Origin: Camelus ferus
Lineage: Eukaryota
DNA: 64,000 nucleotides
NCBI RefSeq assembly: GCF_009834535.1
Contig: NC_045696.1
Location: forward strand, 85,686,001 to 85,750,000
Direction of reading: 5' to 3'
This document shows positions 53,370 through 64,000 of this stretch, piece after piece. The position numbers and the translations under genes are program-made. The stretch's first letter is position 1. Every line of letters starts with the position of its first letter. The notes under the pieces were generated by a model that was not told where the DNA came from, searched no databases, and worked only from the letters and a program-made list of their open reading frames with translations.

Positions 53370-53570
53370 ATAATAGGCTACATGAACTCACATAATTCTC
53401 ACAATGACCCTATGAATAAGTATTTTTATTTCTGCTTTGTAGATAAAGAGATTGAGTCTTTAAAAAATTAATAAATTTGCCCACATTTTCTCAGGTATAT
53501 GTAGTACAGCTGGTATTTGTACCCAGGTTTCTACTATCAAGTCCTTTGCTCTTAAACACTATCCTAGCTT
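53370..53570 (-). mobile_element. MIR SINE
   Basis: aattctcacaatgaccctatgaataagtatttttatttctgctttgtagataaagagattgag...aatttgcccac...ggtatttgtacccagg. Confidence 0.75.
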
Positions 53571-54052
53571 AAACCAGTACTGTAATTGATACTACATATT
53601 TTTCCTGTGTGAAATGGCATGTGTTTACACTATAATTTTTGATAATTAAATTAGTGCTATAACTAATAAATAAATAAAATGTTGATTTTATTTCTGTATT
53701 ACTTACTTATATGTCTCTACTTTTACATTCTATTCGTACAGATTTCATCAGTTCTTCAACCTTAAGGTTAATAAATGAGACACAGGAGATAACTTATTTA
53801 ATCACTGCCTTTTATGAAATAGTATCTGCTAATTGTTAGCTCCTGAAAATGTTGTTCAAATCCTAGCTTACAAATATGTTTCTATTTTCCAGTGAAAGTT
53901 TAAATTTCACAGTTATATAAAACAGTAATTAAAATAGCACCCAAATAATAAAAGAAACACATTTTTAAAAAGAGTAAAAAATATAAATAAGTACTTTTAT
54001 GTTCTAGGTCTAGCTCATAGCTTCCAGAAGTCAAAGACTATCTGAGAGCACG

Positions 54053-54065
54053 ATTATTAATTAAC
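54053..54065 (+). promoter_or_regulatory. HNF1 site (SIF3-like)
   Basis: ATTATTAATTAAC has two mismatches to GTTAATNATTAAC and lies about 170 bp upstream of the TSS, where SIF3 is expected. Confidence 0.8.
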
Positions 54066-54140
54066 CTAGATTCCCAAAGAAAAATATTTATGCAAACTAT
54101 TTTCAGGGTTAAGATTTTTTACGATTGCACGTTGAACAGA

Positions 54141-54160
54141 AGTTTATTAAATGCTGATAG
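54141..54160 (+). promoter_or_regulatory. SIF2-like AT-rich element plus GATA site (TGATAG, 54155-54160)
   Basis: AGTTTATTAAATGCTGATAG lies just upstream of SIF1 and contains a WGATAR match. Confidence 0.65.
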
Positions 54161-54170
54161 GCTGGTGAGA

Positions 54171-54192
54171 GTGCAATAAAACTTTATGAGTA
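54171..54192 (+). promoter_or_regulatory. SIF1 element (paired CDX2 sites) of the SI promoter
   Basis: GTGCAATAAAACTTTATGAGTA matches the recalled SIF1 footprint (AATAAA/TTTAT inverted CDX cores), about 35-55 bp upstream of the inferred TSS. Confidence 0.93.
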
Positions 54193-54198
54193 ACTCAA

Positions 54199-54204
54199 TT
54201 TATA
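54199..54204 (+). promoter_or_regulatory. TATA-like box
   Basis: TTTATA about 25-28 bp upstream of the inferred TSS. Confidence 0.6.
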
Positions 54205-54226
54205 GCTGGGCAGTTTTCCCTGATCA

Positions 54227-54289
54227 TTACTTTGGCAGCCTTGCCCAACTGTGGTACAACATAACAAAAAGAGCAGGCTATGAAATAAG
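54227..54289 (+). other. SI: SI exon 1 (5' UTR)
   Basis: TTACTTTGGCAGCCTTGCCCAACTGTGGTACAACATAACAAAAAGAGCAGGCTATGAAATAAG closely resembles the recalled human SI 5' UTR and ends at a consensus donor AAG|GTAAGT (intron starts at 54290). Start inferred by homology. Confidence 0.92.
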
Positions 54290-55931
54290 GTAAGTTTACC
54301 GATCATACTTCTTTGTTACTTCGTGTTTCCAAGTAGTTATGTGTTCCTCTAATTTATGTTAGCAATATTCCTGTCTATCTGTACTTGTTTCAGATAGCAA
54401 TGACAACATTATTCATTTGCCGTTTTAAATATTACCCTTTGTACTAAAACAGGAAAAAACATTTCTAAAGTTTTTAAAAGATATAAGAATATTTTACTTG
54501 CCCAGCTCTTCATTATAATTTTTGTCAGTCTTAAGTAGCAGGTTTATTTTAATTGCTCCATATATGTGAAAACAGGATCAAAAAATATTTTGAATTATAG
54601 AGAAACTCTAATTACGTGTGATTAAATATATTTTAAGAAAATATGTATGTGCTGAATAGAATACTACATTTATAAAACATTTAATCTTTTCTAGCAAATC
54701 TTTCAAAGATCAGACATCAAGCTACCAACTAACAAAGTATTACTCATTTTGAAAATAAATATACAGAGAAAAGACATCAATGTATGATTCTCCCCTCCAA
54801 ATTTATTTACAATTACTGTCTTCCAAAATACGATCACTATAATTACTGCCTACAGCATATGAACAACTTTAGTATTGATTGTTTATTCCTATAAATAATA
54901 CAATTTTGGTACATTAATTTTGTTTTGATTTTTCTAGGTAAGAGAGAGTTAGCTTTGTAACAATATGCATTTTTTTTTAGATTTCCCTTAACAAAAGAAA
55001 AGCACAGTCCTTTTTATCGGCTTCTTGGTCTCAAAGAGAAATTACTTTGAGCGAGAGAGTTAAGCTATTTAAAGTTAAACATTAAAGGCAACTATGTCGT
55101 TTCTCACATAACACTGAGCAACTGGGTTTCATTTTCTAAACAGCTTCATATATCACCTGTCGCTTTGATTAAATTTAGCTTACATTCATTCGGGTTCTCT
55201 GAAGATTGCTGATGCAATAAACAGCTTACATATCTGTAGCAGGAAATCATAAGCTAAAATTGAACGCTAATCTTTAAACATTCATTCGTTGTACTTACTC
55301 AGTGTCAGGCTCTGAACTACATTCATGATTGTTGCTATTAAGAATGTAACAATGCAGTGGAGGAAATTAACATTTGCATAAGTAATTGCAATAGGTATGC
55401 CATGTGCTATTGTAAAATGGAAAGAGGACAGATAAACTGTATATCTAAAAGTAGGAAAACGCTCACATATGACATGGCATTTGAACTGGGCATAAATTGG
55501 AACTAACCTAGAAGAGCAGATGTGAAAGAATTGAAGAAAGATTAAACAGCATGCAGTAAAAGATATGTTGTCCAAAAAGGATGTTTCATTGGAGGGAATA
55601 AAATATAGGTATAATTCTGAAAATATTCTGGAGGTAGAATCAACATGACTTATTGAATGATTGAATGTAGTAGAAAGATATGGAAGGGGGAAAAGAAGTT
55701 TTTAGGTTGGGTCAAGTGAGTGTTTGAACTAACATAGACAGATACAGGAGGAGGGACTAGTATGAGAGGCCCCCAAAATTAATTTTAAAATTGGCAATTT
55801 ATAACACTTACCATGGAAATTCTAAATTTCTATGTGGGTATATGCCATTGAATTAAAACTTATTTAACAATCAGAATACAGAAAACCCATGGAAACTTGA
55901 AGATTAGGAGAGATAAGTGATGTATGGTCCA

Positions 55932-56082
55932 TGGGGGAGGGTATAGTTCAAGTGGTAGAGCACATGCTTAGCATACACAAGGTCCCGGGTTCAATCCCCA
56001 GTACCTCCTTTAAAAATAATTAGATAAGTAGACCTAATTGCCTCCACCCCTGCAAAAAAATAAAAATAAATAAAAATAAAGA
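55932..56082 (+). mobile_element. tRNA-derived SINE (camelid Vic-1-like) in SI intron 1
   Basis: GGGGGAGGGTATAGTTCAAGTGGTAGAGCACATGCTTAGCATACACAAGGTCCCGGGTTCAATCCCCAGTACCTCC with A and B boxes, A-rich tail, and 13-bp TSD GATG(T/C)ATGGTCCA (55919-55931 and 56083-56095). Confidence 0.9.
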
Positions 56083-56968
56083 GATGCATGGTCCAAACTA
56101 AATTAAACAAATACACTTTAAAATAATCTCTAGAGAAGAGCTCTTCCCAACCTACGTTTAGGGTACCTCTGGATGCTAACTCAAATGCATAATGTTATCT
56201 GAAAATAAATACGTATTTTAATATGAGAATTTGGTATGTTTTATTTATTATTTGAGTGTGGAACTTGGTGATCGTATAGTTTAAGTGTTTTTTTTTAAAG
56301 TAACAACTCCTAAATATATACCACATATATATGTGTGTGTGTGTATGTATGGTGTGTATATATGTATATATGTATCTTTTCCACATTTCATATTTATATT
56401 CTTTATATTTGTATTTATTTTCTTTAATATTTATATTTATATGTATATTATTTTCTATAATATCCCTATAAGAAAGCAATGTTGAAATTGAAGAGCAATA
56501 GTTATAGTAGGAAGAATTGGATTTTTTGACTTTGAGAAAGTAGCTTTTTCTCTAAGTTTGAAGTTCCTAGTGAGTAGAATGTGCATACTGGTATCTCCTT
56601 CATACAGTTGTTGTGGAGCTGAGGAATACAGTGTAAATACGGGTTTTCTTAGGCTTGAAAAATACTCTAAAGTGGGAGAATAATACACATCTACTTGGAG
56701 ATCTTTTTTTTTTTCCCTTTTATATTTTCATCTTAGTATACTACTTTGACATGCATCATTAATTCATTATTTTGACTTAAAGTAGCGTGTGTGTTGTTTA
56801 CACTTTTGCCAATGTGTATTATTTTAGACTATAAACTGATAGAGCTGTCTGCAGCTCTGCTTATGTTGTACTCAGTAGAAAAAATATAGATAATTTTATG
56901 ATAATAATGGTGGCTTTTTGTTGTTGTATATTTTACATTTCAAACATATATTTCTTTTCTTTCTTTAG

Positions 56969-57086
56969 ATGGCAAAGAAGAAATTTACTAGATTAGAAAT
57001 CTTTCTGATTGTCCTCTTTACTATAGTTACAATAATAGCTATTGCCCTGGTTGCTGTTTTAGCAACTAAGACACCTGCTGTTGAAG
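56969..57086 (+). CDS. SI: SI exon 2: [39 protein letters not shown] (cytoplasmic tail plus type II signal-anchor)
   Basis: Polypyrimidine tract tttcttttctttctttag|ATG; donor G|GTAAAT; 118 nt; hydrophobic transmembrane segment. Confidence 0.98.
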
Positions 57087-58317
57087 GTAAATAATGTTGA
57101 AAATACTTACACATTATAGTGAGCTTGAGATAAAGTTTACTCCACAATAATTATGGATTTTTAAAAGTAATCTATATGAGATGAAATACATGAAGAAAGA
57201 TCTCAGGTGAGTTACATAATTACCCCCATTTTTTCTATCTGTTATATTCCAAGTGTCTTAATGAAGAGTCATTGTAATTAAGGAATCTATGTGCTTTGAT
57301 ATTAATGGCCTTTCCCACATTATGTTGCTTAAGAAACAGCAAAAAGACAAAGGAATCAAGATGTTAATAGATGGTGGAATAATGATCTACTGTTACCAGT
57401 TCTAATTAGTGGAAAACCTAATCAGTGAGGTTTTGCTCTGGCTTTCAGACACTTGCAAAGGGGGATGGGAAACGAGGAGATAACTAACCTCTTTGTCTTA
57501 GTTTAATTTTTTAAAGAGTGAAGTTGTATGACAAAAACAGGTAAAGGGAACGTGAAACAGGCTTGAAATGTTTATCTTTTTTTCCTGAATGTTTCTATCC
57601 TAATTTAGAGTTGATGCATACTACTCTGGTCCACCTAAACTACTTTTTCTTTCTCATCATTCTCTCTTGACCAAATCAGAATTGGTAAACACATTACAAA
57701 TTATCTTCTAGTCTAACCATACTTAGTGTTTTCTACTGCTGCTAGTCTTTTGTTTTATCTTTTTCTGGAAAACTGAAAGTTCACTGTATTATGAAGCAAT
57801 CAAATTTATCTTAACCATATCTGGTTGCCAGAAAGTCCCTCTTTATTATATAGATTTGGGATTTTAGCTTTCATTGCTAGTCCCTACTTTCTCTACTATT
57901 CACTTCAAAGTATCTTTTTCCTCTATTTTTCTCTTTCCTTCTCTAATTCTTTTCTCCTTCTCTACATCCTTTTCCCACTCATGTTTCTCCATTTTCTTTT
58001 TTCATCTGTAAAACACAATTTGTAAGTGCAGTCGAATGTAAATTTTATTTCCTTTTCAGTCTACCTCAAGACCTTCTGTGAATATATTTTGTTTCTCTGA
58101 AGGAACAGTTAGTTAATAGAGCTTTGTACAGTCAGTTTTAAATATCAGTTGGATCTTTTCCTTTTGATGACTGGGACTTGAATTTGCAGGTCCTTTTTCA
58201 ATGCAAGTTTTATTTTCATTATATATAAATCTATGTATACTTTCAATGTTTTCATTACTTGAGAATCTGAAAAATTAATTTAACCATGTTTTCTTTTATT
58301 GACCTTTTCTTTTCCAG

Positions 58318-58454
58318 AAATTAATGATTCTACTTCAACCCCAGCTACCACCCATACAACCACTGTGTATCCTGGTTCAGGAAAATGTCCGAGTGAGCTA
58401 AATGATCCTGTCAATGAGAGAATAAACTGCATTCCAGAACAGTTTCCAACACGG
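58318..58454 (+). CDS. SI: SI exon 3: (E)[45 protein letters not shown] (Ser/Thr stalk plus start of trefoil domain)
   Basis: Acceptor ccttttcttttccag; donor CGG|GTCTGC; 137 nt, phase 1 to 0. Confidence 0.97.
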
Positions 58455-59796
58455 GTCTGCAACAAAAGTCTTTGATATATTTATGAAAAGATATATAGTA
58501 TAATTATATTAAGCTAATTATTCAATATTGGATCAATGCCATACTTTTAAAACTAGCCATCAGTTAGGCTGCATTTCTTTTTATTGTATTTCTGTATGAA
58601 CAGATAAGAGAGAAAAGAAATTACTGAGCTTGTTCTTCTATAATTCTGTTCAATTCTAATTAAGAAATTAATGTTTTCCCATGTTTAACAAGCTATTGCT
58701 AATTTTTTAAATCTTTAGGAAATTCTGTCCTCTCAAATCTTCTTAAGAAGTATAACCTTTTACAATGTAGAACATTTGAGAAAAAATATCTACACTCCAT
58801 TAAAGTATTTGTGATGATGGCATTAAAACTGTCTTTGGAAAATAAAGTAACACTGATTCTTCTAACTATTATTATTTATTTTTTCTTATTTGGTAATTGG
58901 GGAGGAAAAGCTCAAATGGGAGAAAAGTAAGTGTAACTTAATGGATCACATAACCCTAAATTGACTTTTCCTTGTTCTTCATAACTTGCTTGGAATTAAA
59001 GGGTCAATGACTGAATGTGTGTGTGTATGTGGTGTGTGTGTATATATTGCCATTTTGCAATATTATATACTATATGCAAATCTGTAATATCTATATAATC
59101 TAAATGTTGTATTATATATTACTCATTACAATATATTAAATATTTATTAGAACATAATGAATATTACAATATATCTCTCTATATATGTATATCTATACTA
59201 TATGTTATATCTAAAATACATATTTTATCCTTAATATGTATATCTGAATCTTACCTCTCTCCCTTCACCACACACAAAATAACTAAATGAACTATAAAAT
59301 TTCTATAGGTCCTATCCTACCTTTGCTACATCATAGTAAACAAATAATTTTCTGATAATTTGCGATGAAAAGTTGCAAATAGTTGAGATTTTTTTTAGGA
59401 CGTTAGAAATAGTGAGTCCTATTGTTTACCTCCTGATAAAAGAGCTGGATTAGATAATGTTTATTTTGATGCACTGAGCAAATTTTCCAGATATTCTCTT
59501 TAATTAATATTTACTGAGGACATGATTGAAGCTTAATATAGAATTCTGTTAGGAATAATATGGACTGCTAGGTCCTTAGAGAGAAACAACATTTAAAAGC
59601 CAATGATTTAAGGTTTTGGTGCCTATTGTCAGTCTTTAAGTTCAGCCTGTTAGGTTGCTAAAGAATGTTTTCAATGTGAAACAAATTAAACTTAAGAATT
59701 TAACAAATTTCAGCTAATATATTTTATATTTGTCATCTAAGAAAAGAGGATGAACTTAAAATAGTAATTTAAAAATAGCTATAATTCTACCCAGAG

Positions 59797-60142
59797 TATA
59801 TTGTCATTCAGGCTTCCATAATATAATCCCACAGACTGGGTTTCAGACATTTGTTTTGTCACAGTTCTGTAGGCTAGAAGTCAAGGTGCTATCAAGGTTG
59901 GTTCCTGGTGAGACCTCTCTTCCTGGCTTGTAGACAGGTGCATTCTTTCTGCATTCTTGTGCCTTCATATAGCCTTTCTTCTGTGCACACATACAGAATG
60001 AAAAAGAGAGAGAGAGAAAGAGAGTGTAAGCCCTGGAGTCTCTTCCTAGTCTTAGGGGGACACCAGGCCTATCAGATTAAATGTAGCCACATTGGAGGTT
60101 ATGGTTTTGTACATAGTGGGGACACAAATTCAGTCCACAACA
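59797..60142 (-). mobile_element. MaLR LTR (MLT1A-like) in SI intron 3
   Basis: tcacagttctgtaggctagaagtcaaggtg...ctctcttcctggcttgtagac...gggacacaaattcagtccacaaca. Confidence 0.8.
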
Positions 60143-60490
60143 CAAAGTCAACCTACTATGTATTATTACATATAATTCTATAGACATACACACACAAATA
60201 ATAAAAGTAAGGCTGTAACAAACTTACTGTATTTTTACCTACAAAAGTTCATGCCTATTGATTAGTATTTAATATATTTTAATCTTTTGTCTTTTCCAGT
60301 GAAGCAGAGAGAACACTGAAGTTGGTTTAGGAATTAAAAATAATAAGGGAAAATGCCTGAAATTCTGAAAAATAGGTAGAATGACTAATCATAAAAAAAA
60401 GTATCAAAATCTATACAAAATAAACCAATTATTATTATTTTAAGCAGCAGTGGGGATATACATTGTTAAACTAATATTTTGATGTGTATA

Positions 60491-60841
60491 TGTAGTGGGT
60501 TGAATAATGTCCTCCCAAAATTCATATTTACTTGGAACCTCAGAATGTGATCTTATTTGGAAATAGGATCTTTACAGATGTAATTAGTTAAATGAGGTTA
60601 TCCTGGATTAGGGTGGGACCTATGTCCTTATAAGAGGAGGGGATGATACACAGAAAACCACAGGGAAGAAGGCCTTGGGAAGATGGAAGTAGAGATTGGA
60701 GTAATGTATCTTCAAAGCAAGGAATGCTGAGGAATGCCAGGAGGCACTAAAAGCTAGTGTTCTTCCCTAGAGCCTCAGAGAGAGCATGGTTCTCCTAACA
60801 CCTGTTCCCAGCTGTTATGACAGCCCTGAGAAACTAATACA
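60491..60841 (+). mobile_element. MaLR LTR (MLT1C-like, internally shortened) in SI intron 3
   Basis: TG...CA termini; near-TSD GTATA/GTATG; ggaacctcagaatgtgatcttatttggaaatagg...gaaactaataca. Confidence 0.85.
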
Positions 60842-61083
60842 GTATGTTTGGAGGAACTTCATGCAACATCATTTTACTATATATATATTTTTTGAAAGAT
60901 GTGATAATTTGCTTATTTCTTTTCTCTTGCTTTCTCTTTGTTTTGTACCAATATTTTAAAAAATCTTTTATTAGGTCTACTATAAATGACAATTTTATAC
61001 AATTATCTCTCTGAATTGCTGGAAGTATTTCTATAACTTAGATGACTAGAGGTAAAATTGCCTGATCAAAAGTCACACATACT

Positions 61084-61380
61084 ATGAACTTATTTACAAA
61101 ACAGAAACAGAATCACAGACAGAAAACGAACTTATGGTTACCAAAGGGAAAAGCAGGGGAGGGATGTGTTAGGAGTTTGGGATTTGCAGATACTAATTAC
61201 TATATATAAAATAGATAAACAGCAAGGTCCTACTATATAGCACAGGGAATTATATTCAATAGTTTGTAATAACCTATAATGAAGAAGCATTTGAAAAAGA
61301 ATGTGTATATATGTATGACTGAATCACTATGCTGTACACCAGAAACTAACACCACATTGTAAATCAACTATACTTAATTA
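61084..61380 (+). mobile_element. 5'-truncated cetartiodactyl-type L1 3' end with 16-bp TSD, in SI intron 3
   Basis: atgaacttatttacaaaacagaaacaga...ggtcctactatatagcacaggg...tgctgtacaccagaaactaacacc; TSD AAAAGTCAC(A/G)CATACT at 61068-61083 and 61381-61396. Confidence 0.92.
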
Positions 61381-62299
61381 AAAAGTCACGCATACTTTAG
61401 ATTCTGTTAGGTAGGCTCTCCAAAATGCTCTGATCCCTTGTACCGCTATTTGCAATGTTCATGTTTACGTGTGTATGTGTGTGCACATGTGCATATGTGT
61501 ATCTGATGCCATTTTAATTTTATGTTAAAATAGGAGAGAAGTTAACTTGTATACTGTCAGCTACTAACAGTGGAGGCTTTTAACATTTTTCAAGGCAAAT
61601 AGACAAAGGAAAAATACCCACAGATACTCAGATTATGAAAATGTGTCACACTATTACATTTAAATATTAAGTAGATTTTTAACTGTACCAGTGTTAACAC
61701 ACAGCATCACCATATGGCTCAACTTTTAATATAAACATATATAATTTTTCTTTCACTTCACCTAGTCTTTCCATATGGATGATAAAATTACTGAGAAATT
61801 AGTATTTCACTTTATCTATTGGATGTAATGGCAGCAGCTATTTGCAACACCTGGCAAGTGAACTAGTTTAAATAGTTTAAATAATATTGAACTAATAATT
61901 ATCTGGAAATAACAACCTCAAACATTTTATGTAGGCTTGAATATAGGGCCATCTCTTCATCCTTATAGCTTCACTTGCAGCTTCATACATAATTGGTACA
62001 CAATAAATATTTTAATTCTTCTGTGCTGACTACATGACAACAGAATAGACTAATTACACAAAGGACAGGAACCTTTAAAAGAACGTGAACTTACAATAAT
62101 GTGTATTAATATGTGAATTTGATAAATCACAACTCAGAGCATCTGTCTTTGATAGGGTGTAATTTATTAAATTCATCAAATATTTATTGTTCTCCCAAGT
62201 GAAAGGAACAAAAGAATAAGTGATATTTTAACACATATATTTGAAGAAGTAAGATTAACAATACTAACCGTATAATTCCTTTTATAAATGTTTTATCAG

Positions 62300-62417
62300 G
62301 CACTTTGTGCAACTCGAGGTTGCTGCTGGAGACCATGGAATAATTCTGTTGTTCCTTGGTGCTTCTTCGTAAATAACCACGGCTATAATGTTGAGGGAAC
62401 AACAACAACAAATACTG
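62300..62417 (+). CDS. SI: SI exon 4: [39 protein letters not shown] (trefoil/P-type domain)
   Basis: Acceptor ttttatcag; donor G|GTGAGA; 118 nt; trefoil signature C-x2-RGCCW...PWCFF. Confidence 0.98.
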
Positions 62418-62708
62418 GTGAGAAATGTTCTATCATGGTGATCCAGTATATGTTAAGTTAAATGAAAAAATATATTTAAAATTTTTCTTTAGAAAAATAA
62501 TTAAATAAAATCAAATGAGAAATAGGTACACAAGAATGTTTAAATTAGTTTTATTAAGGATTTATTTTTGCATAATTGTATCTTCCAAATAAAAAAAAAG
62601 AGGTCATTATTTGTGAGAAAGGCAGTAAAATTAGAAAAATATGAAAATATTTAATTATTAATCTCTGTAAATAAAGTCAATGCATGAAAATTTTTTTATT
62701 TCTCTAAG

Positions 62709-62818
62709 GACTTGAAGCCAAATTAAACAGGATACCTTCACCTACACTATTTGGAAATGACATTAACAGTGTTCTCCTCACAACTCAAAGTCAGACACCC
62801 AATCGTTTCCGGTTCAAG
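62709..62818 (+). CDS. SI: SI exon 5: (G)[36 protein letters not shown]
   Basis: Acceptor tttttttatttctctaag; donor AAG|GTTTGG; 110 nt, phase 1 to 0. Confidence 0.98.
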
Positions 62819-63745
62819 GTTTGGTTTTTGAGATTTCTAAAATAAGTTAACAATAAAACACATGTTATGAACACACCCTTCATCCTACCAAAATATTTTC
62901 CTTCTTAAGAAATGTTTATTCCAAAGCAAGGAACTAAGTAGACGAGTTACTCCACTTGTCTGAACCTGTCTACTTAAATATAACATAAAACGTAGTTCCT
63001 CTAGCAGTTGTTTTTAGACAACTTAATAGTATAGTTTGTATATAGTATAATATTTGATACAGAGTCCTGAAAAGAATAAAAAATCAATAAACTTTAGTAA
63101 TTTTTATTATTCAACTATTAAACTATGATGAAAGATTAGTTCATCATAAAATTTAATTTGAGAAAGGTGCTAATTGTTCTATATAAATATGACTTACACT
63201 GACTAGATCTTTTTAGTGGTATCACTTGTAGTCATGATTTTAAAGAAACTTCTGCTGTTTTTTTGGCAAGTAGTTTACTAGCATGGTCTTTCAGATTTGG
63301 CAATGAAAATACTATAGCCACCTTTTAGCAACAATTTCACGAGGATTAAGTTCTTTTTAAACAATATTCAAGATCCTCACAGGATTTTTAAGCAGGTGAC
63401 CACTGAAATGCAACAAGGATAATTAAATTCATAAAAACCTAGTATTCAAGAATCAATATATAATAATACAATCATCAATTTTTATATTGGTCAATAAAAA
63501 TCTTTATTTGATATTGTACTTTTATAACCAGCTAATTCTATTAATGCCTTAATTTTTACAGTTTATTCTGAGCATAGCCATTCACTAGTGTTAAAGTTAA
63601 GTTTATGACTAGATTAACAGCTTATCTGTAAAATTATTAAATTTATTATTTGCCTTTGGAACCTGCATTTAATATCTAAGTCAGAATTGAAAAATTAAAT
63701 AATAGTTTTGAATCAAATAATGCTAATTTTAAAAAATCTTTACAG

Positions 63746-63897
63746 TTTACTGATCCAAATAATAGAAGATATGAAGTTCCTCATCAGTTTGTAAAAGAAT
63801 TTAGTGGATCAGCAGCTTCCGATACCTTGTATGATGTGAAAGTTATAGAAAATCCATTTAGCATCAGAGTTGCTAGAAAAAGCAATAATAGAATTTT
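63746..63897 (+). CDS. SI: SI exon 6: [50 protein letters not shown](L)
   Basis: Acceptor tctttacag; donor TT|GTAAGT; 152 nt; GH31 N-terminal-domain motif DPxxxRYEVP. Confidence 0.98.
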
Positions 63898-64000
63898 GTA
63901 AGTAATTATTTTACATTTATCTAAGTTTAAATAACTGGTCAATTTTATTCTATTTCATAGAATTATGAGTCTTAATTTCAATGCATTTTCACAAAGAATA

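Larger units (their letters stand above)
54227..64000 (+). other. SI: Sucrase-isomaltase gene, 5' part (exons 1-6); gene continues past the window end
   Basis: Exons 2-6 have GT-AG boundaries and compatible phases (118, 137, 118, 110 and 152 nt). They translate to the SI N-terminus: cytoplasmic tail, signal-anchor, Ser/Thr stalk, trefoil domain and start of the N-terminal beta-sheet domain. TSS position is approximate. Confidence 0.98.

Noticed and set aside
55933..56007. tRNA-Ala-like sequence
   Set aside because: It has an A-rich tail and TSD, so it is a SINE head rather than a tRNA gene.
56965..57147. Minus-strand ORFs here and at 58280-58465 and 62184-62411
   Set aside because: Antisense shadows of SI exons 2, 3 and 4.

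Overview
This is AT-rich mammalian genomic DNA, most likely camelid (alpaca, llama or camel), judging from a Vic-1-type tRNA-derived SINE and young cetartiodactyl-type L1 3' ends. The last 10 kb hold the 5' end of sucrase-isomaltase (SI) on the + strand. That part includes the proximal promoter (HNF1, GATA and CDX2/SIF1 sites), non-coding exon 1 and coding exons 2-6, which splice into an open 635-nt frame (about 211 aa) that continues past the window. The first 54 kb contain no protein-coding gene I can recognise. They are mostly old transposons: L2, MIR, MLT1, Tigger/hAT MITEs and a ~6 kb L1MC-type LINE. None of the supplied six-frame ORFs matches a real cellular CDS. The most unusual element is a ~0.5 kb CpG island about 20 kb upstream of SI. 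It carries tandem ETS sites, a DR1 site and consensus splice donors facing outward on both strands, and it appears to split a single ancient L2 copy. It is a candidate bidirectional or alternative promoter. Repeat family names and all human comparisons come from recall, not database searches.
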